Shown: piece by piece, positions 37,759 to 46,400 of the stretch
How positions within the stretch are numbered: position 1 is the first letter of the stretch
Layout of the letters: every line of letters starts with the position of its first letter
Assembly: GCA_035479375.1 (NCBI GenBank)
Contig: DATIIT010000009.1
Location: forward strand, 5,073-69,072
DNA from: Candidatus Saccharimonadales bacterium
GTDB lineage: Bacteria; Patescibacteriota; Saccharimonadia; Saccharimonadales; UBA4665
DNA: 64,000 nt
Reading direction: 5' to 3'
Translations under genes and position numbers: made by a program
The notes under the pieces: generated by a model
Databases searched by the model: none
What the model was told of the DNA's origin: nothing
The model's input: only the letters and a program-made list of their open reading frames with translations

Positions 37759-38608
37759 AACTGGCCTCGGCCGCGGTTTTGACGCATTAATCCCCAAGAG
37801 CGTGGACGCTGCCGCGCTGTTTGACGACCCTGGCCGCATCCAAAAAATCGCCCTGGGCGACATCGTGCCCAACACCGACCAGCCACGCACTACCTTTGAC
37901 AACGACGCGCTCGTCGGCCTGGCCGAGTCCATCAAGCAGCACGGCATTATCCAGCCGCTGGTGGTGACGCCGCACGGCGCCGGCAAGTACAGCATTGTGG
38001 CCGGCGAGCGCCGGTGGCGCGCGGCGCACATTGCCAAGCTGGACAAAGTCCCGGCCGTGGTGCGCACCACCAAAGAGCTGGAGCGGCTGGAGATTGCCAT
38101 TGTAGAAAACGTGCAGCGGGTGGATTTGTCGCCGTTGGAGCAGGCCGTGTCTATCGAGCGCCTGCATCAGCAGTTCAGCATGACGTACGAGGCGATCGCC
38201 AAGCGGCTGGGCAAGGCCAGCTCCACGGTAAACAACATCGTGCGGTTGTTGCAGCTGCCGGAGGCCGCGCGCGCTGCCCTCGAAGCGCAAAAATTGAGCG
38301 AGGGCCACGCCCGCGCCATCCTCGCCCTCAAAGACTCGGCCGCGCACCAAGCCGAATTACTGGCGAGCATCTTGCGGCACGGGTGGTCTGTGCGCCAAGC
38401 TGAGCAGTTCGTTACCTCTGTGAAAGATGGTTTTAAGGAGAAGGCCGCCACCAAGGCGCGCATGAGCAGCGAGACGCCGGCCACCAAACTCCTGGGCAAA
38501 CGCCTGGGGGCGCCGGTGCACATCCGCCGTACCGCTAAAGGCGGGAAGCTGGAAATCGCTTTTACCAGTGACGATGAGCTCGACAACATCCTGGCTAGTC
38601 TAGGCTAG
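37751..38608 (+). CDS. parB: Chromosome partitioning protein ParB/Spo0J
   Basis: GLGRGFDAL, QPR, GIIQPL, AGERRWRAA, ENVQR.DL, HTH, GHARA. Confidence 0.96.
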   Translation: MGKTGLGRGFDALIPKSVDAAALFDDPGRIQKIALGDIVPNTDQPRTTFDNDALVGLAESIKQHGIIQPLVVTPHGAGKYSIVAGERRWRAAHIAKLDKVPAVVRTTKELERLEIAIVENVQRVDLSPLEQAVSIERLHQQFSMTYEAIAKRLGKASSTVNNIVRLLQLPEAARAALEAQKLSEGHARAILALKDSAAHQAELLASILRHGWSVRQAEQFVTSVKDGFKEKAATKARMSSETPATKLLGKRLGAPVHIRRTAKGGKLEIAFTSDDELDNILASLG

Positions 38609-38652
38609 ATCCCCTAGGCAGATGTCTGGGGGTGCAGCTCGAAGCCGAGCGC

Positions 38653-39369
38653 CTAGAAGCGCTTGGCGTCGCCAATGGGCAAGACGCGCACGGCGAGCTT
38701 GCCGATAATTTTGTTGGCGTCCACCGGCCCAAAGAGCCGCGAGTCCAGCGAGTTGCCGCGGTTGTCGCCCATCACAAAGACGTGGCCGGCGGTGATTGTC
38801 CACTCGCCGTCAACACCGGTAGTGGGGATGACTTTTCCGTAGGGGAGTGTGGCGTCTGGGCGGAAACCATTGGGGTACTTGGCGTTGTACACCGTTACCA
38901 CGCCGCCGCTGACCACCACTTTGTCCCCGGGTAAACCAATAACGCGCTTAATGAGTTGCTTTTCCGGGTCCTGGCCGAACTGGCCAAGGCGCTCATCGGT
39001 GAAAACAACGACGTCACCCCGGTTTGGGATGTAGGCGTGGTGGGTGATTTTTGCCCACGTGCGGCCGAGCTTCCACACAATGAGGCGGTCGTTGTTGTGC
39101 AGCGTGGTTTCCATGCTGGGCCCGTCCACTTGGTAGGACTGGAACACGAACATGGTCAGCAACACTGCGATAACCGGCGCAATAATAAGCACCAGCACGG
39201 TAGAAAGGATACTGTGCCAGTTATCGCCATTTTTGCTGCGTTTGGTGGGAGGTGTGCTAGCCGCCGGGCGCGGCGGGGTTATGGGCGCGACAGTATGCGG
39301 CGCGCCGGAAAGTGGCTGTTGCATAGGTGCAGCCGGCCGGGGCTGCTGCGTGTTTGGCGAGTCATTCAT
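38653..39369 (-). CDS. lepB: Signal peptidase I
   Basis: One TM, catalytic Ser in VDGPSMETTL, Lys in LIKRVIGLPGD, GDNRGNSLDSR; ATG 39369 chosen (upstream part of the track ORF overlaps the next gene). Confidence 0.93.
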   Translation of the reverse strand: MNDSPNTQQPRPAAPMQQPLSGAPHTVAPITPPRPAASTPPTKRSKNGDNWHSILSTVLVLIIAPVIAVLLTMFVFQSYQVDGPSMETTLHNNDRLIVWKLGRTWAKITHHAYIPNRGDVVVFTDERLGQFGQDPEKQLIKRVIGLPGDKVVVSGGVVTVYNAKYPNGFRPDATLPYGKVIPTTGVDGEWTITAGHVFVMGDNRGNSLDSRLFGPVDANKIIGKLAVRVLPIGDAKRF

Positions 39370-39474
39370 ACAAAAGGTAACTATAGCGCAAATTACCTGT
39401 TGGTGCACGGAAATACTCATTGGGCGGTTCCGGCATCTGGGGTATAATCGTAAGCATAACAACAGTAGGGCTCT

Positions 39475-40320
39475 ATGCACATGTCGCTTCCACGGCAAAG
39501 ACGTTCTCCAAAAGCGAAGTACATCAGTTTGGGTGTGGCGGCGTTCACACTCATTATTTGTGTGTCTTCGTTGAGCGCCCAAGGGGTCTCTTCTATTGCG
39601 CAGGGTTTCCGGACCAGTGACGCCGGGGTTGTCTCTGGCGCGCTGGTGAGCCTGAAAGAAGGCGTGGCAAACACGGTTGAGCTGGGTACGCCGGACAATT
39701 CCCAAAACCTTATCGGCGTTGCCGGCAGCAAGTCACTCATTGAGCTGTCGAGCGGCACAGGCAGCGTACAGGTGGTCACCAACGGGACTACGCAGGCGTT
39801 GGTGTCGGACATCAACGGCGATGTGAAGACTGGCGACCGCGTCACGGCCTCGCCAATTGCCGGCGTGGGCATGAAAGCCACGAGCAGCGGTATCGTTGTG
39901 GGCAGCGCCCAGGCTAATTTGAGTAGTGCAACCACTAGCACCCAAACGGTCACGAATAAAAGAGGCAAACAGGTGACGGTAAAGATCGGCACTATCCCGG
40001 TGCAGGTAGACAAGGTGTTCTACCAGGCGCCCACGGACACGGTGTCATTTTTGCCCCCGGTGCTGTCTGATTTTGCCAACAGCGTTGCCGGGCACCAAGT
40101 TTCCCCGGTACGCGTTGTGGCGGCGGCGCTGCTTATTTCGTTGCTGTTTGTGGCTGTAACAATTTTGCTGTATTCGTCGGTGCGGTCCAGCATTATTTCG
40201 ATTGGCCGCAACCCGTTAAGTGAGCAGGCTGTGCATAAGAGCCTCTTGGAAGTAGGACTGACCGTGGTGGGCGTGCTGGTGTTTACCGTTATTGTGGTGT
40301 ATTTGATCCTCACCACGTAG
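39475..40320 (+). CDS. Secreted, C-terminally anchored 'GRNP' membrane protein (cassette 2)
   Basis: Paralog of 31061-31888: SSIAQGF, VVSGALVSL, LVSDINGDVKTGDRVTASPIAGVGMKA, SIISIGRNPL. Confidence 0.75.
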   Translation: MHMSLPRQRRSPKAKYISLGVAAFTLIICVSSLSAQGVSSIAQGFRTSDAGVVSGALVSLKEGVANTVELGTPDNSQNLIGVAGSKSLIELSSGTGSVQVVTNGTTQALVSDINGDVKTGDRVTASPIAGVGMKATSSGIVVGSAQANLSSATTSTQTVTNKRGKQVTVKIGTIPVQVDKVFYQAPTDTVSFLPPVLSDFANSVAGHQVSPVRVVAAALLISLLFVAVTILLYSSVRSSIISIGRNPLSEQAVHKSLLEVGLTVVGVLVFTVIVVYLILTT

Positions 40321-40441
40321 CGTAAAGTTTTCCACAGAAATACGCCTATCTTGTAGTAAAAAGTACATATACCTACAAGCATAAGCAGCGTAAGATATAT
40401 GCAGGGAATACTCTCGAAAGGGAGTCACAAAAAAACAAATC

Positions 40442-43400
40442 GTGGACCAAAACCAAAATACAAACACGAATGTTGGGCCTATTAGTGGAGGGACGGATCA
40501 GCCGGGGACCCTAGACTATGGCGTTGCTGCTGGCGTGGCCGACCCCGAGGCGCTCTCTTTGGAGCCAGTCTCTGCCACGTTGCCCGATGAAGCAGCGCGC
40601 GCCGCAAAGCGCACCAACGTTGCTGTCCGCCTGTTAAAGCGGGCTGACGTGCTGCTTGTCCTGCTGTTAATTGCGGGCATGGTGGGTCTTATAGTGGCCA
40701 ACGTGCGCCACAAGGCGCACAACAAGGGCGTGGCCAGTATCACAGACCAGTACAACACCGTTACCCTGCCATTGGCTGGGTATGTGGCAAACGCCCAAGG
40801 CGTGAACTTTGGCAGCAGCAGCGTGGTCATCAACGGCGCGCTGAAGGTTAACGACGGATTGGTGGTCACACCTTCTGTGCAGCCCAATGCGCCCACGGCC
40901 GGCCAGCTGTACTTCGACCAAAACACCAACCAGATGGCGTACTACAACGGCAAGTCGTTTGTGCCGCTCGTTTCGCAAGGGGCAGTGGTGCAGAGTGTGG
41001 GCGGCGCCAGTGGGCAGCTGACCCTTGGTAACGGTTTGAGTGTCACGGGCAACCAGCTCAACGTGGCCTTCCCGTCGCAGGCGGCCAGCGTGACGTCTTT
41101 GGGTGGGCAGAGCGGGGCCGTTTCCCTAGGCAACGGCCTGACGCTGGTGGGTGGCGCACTGCAAAATAGCGGCGCCTTGAGCATCACGGCCGGCAACAAC
41201 ATCTCGGTCACCAATGATGGCAAGGGCAATTACACCATTAACAACACTGGTGCTGGCACTGGCACGGTAACGAGCCCGGGTGGCACGTCCGGGCAGTTTG
41301 CGCTGTTTGACGGCGCGCAGGACATCGTTGGCTCGCTGTTGAGCCAGAGCGGCACCACTATCACCATCACCGGCGACCTCAACGTGGTTACCGGCGGCCT
41401 CAGCTTGGGCAATGCGCTTACCGTGCCCAACGGCGGCACTGGCGCTACGTCGCTGGCCTCGAACGGGGTAGTAGTGAGTAACGGCACCGCGGCATTTACC
41501 GCTGTAACCGGCGGGAGCCCTGGGCTTTGTTTGCTGTCTACGGCGGGGGCACCGGCCTTTGGCGCCTGCCCGGGCAACGCCGGCGTGACCACGCTCAACG
41601 GCTTGAGCGGTGTGTTGGCCATTGCGAACGCCAGCGGCGCCGGCAGCACTATAACAATCGACGATGCCACCACGGCCGGCGGCAAGGGCATTGCCAGCTT
41701 CAACAACACGAACTTTACCGCGGCTGGCGGTGTGGTGAACACCATCCAGGACATTAGCACCACCGCGGCCACGACGTTTGGGCGGCTGACGCTGAGCTCA
41801 AACCAAGCAACCAACCCGATGCTGCTGGTAAACAACACCAACGGCGGCGCCTCTGGAAACCTGCTCGATTTGCAGCTTGGCGGAGTGAGTAAATTTAGTG
41901 TTCAACCCGGCGGAAACATATCTGCAACAGGGACGATTAACGGCCAGACAATCTCTAACGTGGCTAACTTTACAGGCAGCCTAGGGGTTTCCGGCAACAC
42001 CACACTCACCGGCACATTGGCGGTGAACGGGGGCAGTATTGGCTCTAGCGGCGCGTTAAGCATCAGCCCCACGGGCACGCTTACCGCAGGCACCACCGGC
42101 CAAACGCTGACGCTGCAGGGCAATGGCAGCACCACATTGGCCGCTACTAGTGGCGGCTTTACCACGACGCTGAGCTTCCAGGCGCCAACGGCCAATGTGA
42201 CGTACCGTCTGCCCACAGCCGCCGCCAACACCTACGACATCTGTACCACGGCTGGCAACTGTACGGGTACCGGCGGCGGGGTGACGACCCCTGGCGGCAC
42301 AAACAACAAGCTATCGAAGTTTACTGGCGCGCAAACGCTGGGCGACTCCAGCATTTCCGACACCGGCGTGCTGGTGACCACGTCGGCCAACATTGCCATC
42401 CAGGGCGGCACGGCAACGGTAGGTGTGGCCAACACGCAAACCGGCTCGCTGACGCTGGCCTACGGCTCGGCCAACTTTAGCGGTACGGTTACCCAGGGCG
42501 TACTCACCAACAACCGCACCTATACCTTGCCAGACGCCAGCGGCACGGTGTGTTTGAGCAGCGGCAACTGTTTGGGTGGGGGCAGTGGCGGCGCCAACAC
42601 GGCGCTGTCTAACCTGACGAGCGTGGCTATTAACACTTCGCTCTTGCCGGGCAGCACGAGCATCGACCTCGGTTCGGCGGCAGCGCCGTTCCGCAACCTA
42701 TATATTGCGGGCAGCTCGGCGTCGCCAGGGACAAATAACTTCCAGATCACTGGTTCGGCCACCCAGGCACGCACGATTACTATCCCCGACGCCACGGGCA
42801 CAATTTGTTTGAACAACAGCACCAACTGTGGCTTCTTAACTGGCACGGGCACGGCGTTTGTACAAAACGGCAACACGCTGGGAGCGGCGGCGTTTATGGG
42901 CACGAGTGACAACTTTGCCCTCAATCTGGTCACCAACAATATAGCCCGCCTAACGCTGGCTAACACCGGCGGTGCGACGTTTAGCGGCAACGTGGCCATT
43001 AACGGCAGCACGCTGAGCTCGGCCGCAGCCCTTAACATTACGCCGAGCGGCACGCTTACAGTGGGCGCCTCGGCCCAAACCCTGACCCTGCAAGGCGATG
43101 GCAGCACCACCCTAAGCGCCACCGGCGGCGGCTTTACCACTACCGTGGGCTTCACCGGCTCGCCAACTGGCGCGGTGACGTACAACTTCGACCGCAGCGC
43201 TGCGCCCAACACATACACCATTTGTACGACAGCCGGCAACTGTGTGGGTGGCGGCGGCGGGGTGACAACGTCCGGCGGCAGCACCAACAAGGTGGCCAAA
43301 TTCAGCGGCAGCCAGACCTTGGCCGACTCCAGCCTCACAGACAACGGCACGACGGTGACCACCACGGGCAACCTGGTGGTGCAGGGCGGCAGCGCCACAG

Positions 43401-46400
43401 TTGGTGTGGCCAACAGCCAGACTGGCATTTTGTCGCTGGCCTACGGCTCGGCCAACTTTAGCGGCAGCCTGACGCAGGGCACGTTAACCGGCAACCAGAC
43501 CTACACGCTGCCAGACGCTACCGGAACCATCTGTTTGAGCAGCGGCAACTGTTTGGGTGGCGGTGGAGGCGGGGGCGCCAACGCGGCGCTGTCCAACTTG
43601 TCTAGCGTGGCTATTAACACCTCGCTGCTGCCGGGTACCACCACGATTGACCTGGGCTCGTCCAGTGCGCCGTTCCGCAACTTATATATTGCGGGCAGCT
43701 CGGGCACGCCTGGCACCAACAACTTCCAGATTACCGGCACGGCCACCAGCCCGCGCACGATCACGCTCCCCGACGCCACCGGCACGGTGTGTCTGAACAG
43801 CTCTGCGTCTTGTGGCTTTGCCACGGGCAGCGGCTCGGCCTTTGTGCAGAGCGGCAACAGCTTTGGCGCCACCGGCGTGCTTGGCACCAACGACAACAAC
43901 GGGCTTAATATCCGCACCAATGGCAACACGGCCTTGGGGCTGAGCGCGGCTGGCGACGCCACGTTTGCTGGCAATGTGACGATCCAGGGCACCACGCTGA
44001 GCTCCAGTGGCGCGCTGAGCATTACGCCCGGCTCCAGCCTGACGGTGGGCGCTACTACCCAGACGCTGACGCTGCAGGGCAACGCCAGTACCACGCTAAC
44101 GGCCACCGGCGGCGGCTTTACCACCACCGTGGGCTTCACCGGCTCGCCCACGGCATCGGTGGCCTACAACTTCGACCGCACGGCCACTGGCGGCCCGTAC
44201 GCCATCTGTACTACGGCCGGCAACTGTACCGGCACCGGCGGCGGCGTGACCACGCTGGGCGGGTCAACCGGGACGATTGCGGTCTTCACTGGTTCGCAGG
44301 CCATTGGCAACTCACTGCTGAGCCAGAGCGGCGGCGTGGTGACGGTGGCCGGCGGGCTCAACCTCACCAGCGGCAACACGTACCAGATTAACAACACGCA
44401 GATCTCGTCGGCTAACTTAAGCAACGACAGCAACCTGGCCAAACTGAGCGCCTCGCAAACCTTTAGCGGCGCCACGGTGACCTTTAAGAACGCCAGTGTG
44501 GACACCACCAACGCCTTTAATATCCAGAACGCTGGCGGCAGCCGTTTATTTACGGCCGACACCACTAACGGCCAGATTATCCTGGGTACCTCCAGTACGC
44601 TGGACGGCAAACTGGTGTTCAACAACGTGAGTAACACGAACACCGCCACGATTGTGCCCGGTACGCCCACGGGCCCACGCACGATCACGCTGCCAGACTC
44701 TACCGGCACCATCTGTTTGGACAGCGGCAACTGTGCTGGTGCGGGCTCCACGCTGCAGACGGCGTACAACTTCTCGGTGGGCGGCACCACGCCAAAGATT
44801 AAGCTCAACAGTACGCTGAACGGCGTGGACATCCAGGACGCGGACACCACGATTGGCGCCAACCTGTTTAACGTGCGCGCCAGCAATGGCGCAGGCCTGG
44901 GCAGTGTGCTGTTTGGCGTAGGCAACACCGGCCAGGCAACACTGCAGAATAGCGCCAACTCCACCACCGCGCTGCGTTTGCTGACGCAGGGCGGCACCAC
45001 GGTGCTCACCGGCGACACCACCAACGGCAAGGTCATTTTAGGCCAGGGCGGCACGTTGGACGGCAAACTGGTATTTAGCAACGCCACCAACGCTAACCTG
45101 GTGACGGTGAGCAGCGCGGCAGTCACCAACGCGCGCACGGTAACACTGCCGGATTCAAGCGGCACGGTGTGTTTGGACAGCGGCAACTGTTCTGGCTCCG
45201 GCAGCACCAACACGCTGCAGGCGGCCTATAACGCTGGTAACACTATTTCTACGAACGGCAACGACATCGCCTTTACGGTTAACAGCAGCCAGAACTTTAC
45301 GGTGACCACGGCGGCTACCGCTACGGGCGGGTCGGTGTTCTCGTTGGCGGATGGCAGCAACGCCACGCCGCCCGGCCAGCTCATTTTGGTGCGCAACAAC
45401 GACATCAACCAGCCGCTGGGCAAGGGCATTGCGGTGACCTCGGCCGGCGGCGGCATTAGTACGGCGCTGGATGCCTCGGGCAGCAATATTACTAACGCGT
45501 TGGCGATTGGCGCCAACGCCATCTCCGGCACCAACTTTAGCGTGAACGGCAGTGGCGCGGTGACCGCTGTGGGCGTGAACTCGGGCAGCGGCCTGTTGCA
45601 GGGCGCTGGCGGCCTGACTGCCACCGGCGCGGTGAGCCTCAACACCACCGGCACCGGCAATACCAGCATTGGGAACGGCACGGGCACGCTGGCGCTGACA
45701 TCTGCCGCGCTTAACGTGACGACTTTGGGGGCGGTAAGCGGCGTGACCACGCTGGCGACATCGGGGATTATTACCGCCGGATCACTGGGCGCGGCCAACA
45801 CCACAACGCTGTTGTGCCGCAATAGCACCAACCAGATCGCCACTTGCGCTGGCACGGGTGCTGGCGTGGCCTTTATCCAGGGCGGCAACAGCTTTGGCGT
45901 GGCTGGCGACCTTGGCACTAACGACGGTTTTGAGCTCAACCTGCGCACCAACAACGCCACGCGCATCACCTTGAGCACCACCGGCGACTTCACCTGGGCG
46001 GCCAGCAGCGCTGGCAACTTCGACCAGTCGAGCAGCACCGGGACGTTTAAGACCGGCAGCGGCAACGTGTCGCTCAACGGTAGTACGACGGTGGCGGCTA
46101 CCAAGACGTTAACGGTCACCAGCGGGCTCACCAGCCTTACGGGCAACACTAGCGGCGACGCGCTTAACGTTTCTAACTCGAGCTCTACGGGCAACATCGC
46201 AGTCTTTAGCGACGGCGCTACAGCAGTGGCCACGTGGGCGAACGGCGGCTCGGTGCTGTTCCAGAACCAAACCGACTCGGCCACGGCCTTTCGCATCCAA
46301 GACACGGGCAGCGGCACGCTGCTGACTGCCAACACCGCCACGCGCACCAGCGGCGTGGCCGGCAACACGGTTAAGATTGGCGACTCCACCGGCACAGACA

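Noticed and set aside
36900-38700. parS site near parAB
   Set aside because: No match to TGTTTCACGTGAAACA-like palindromes was found by eye; a different consensus cannot be excluded.
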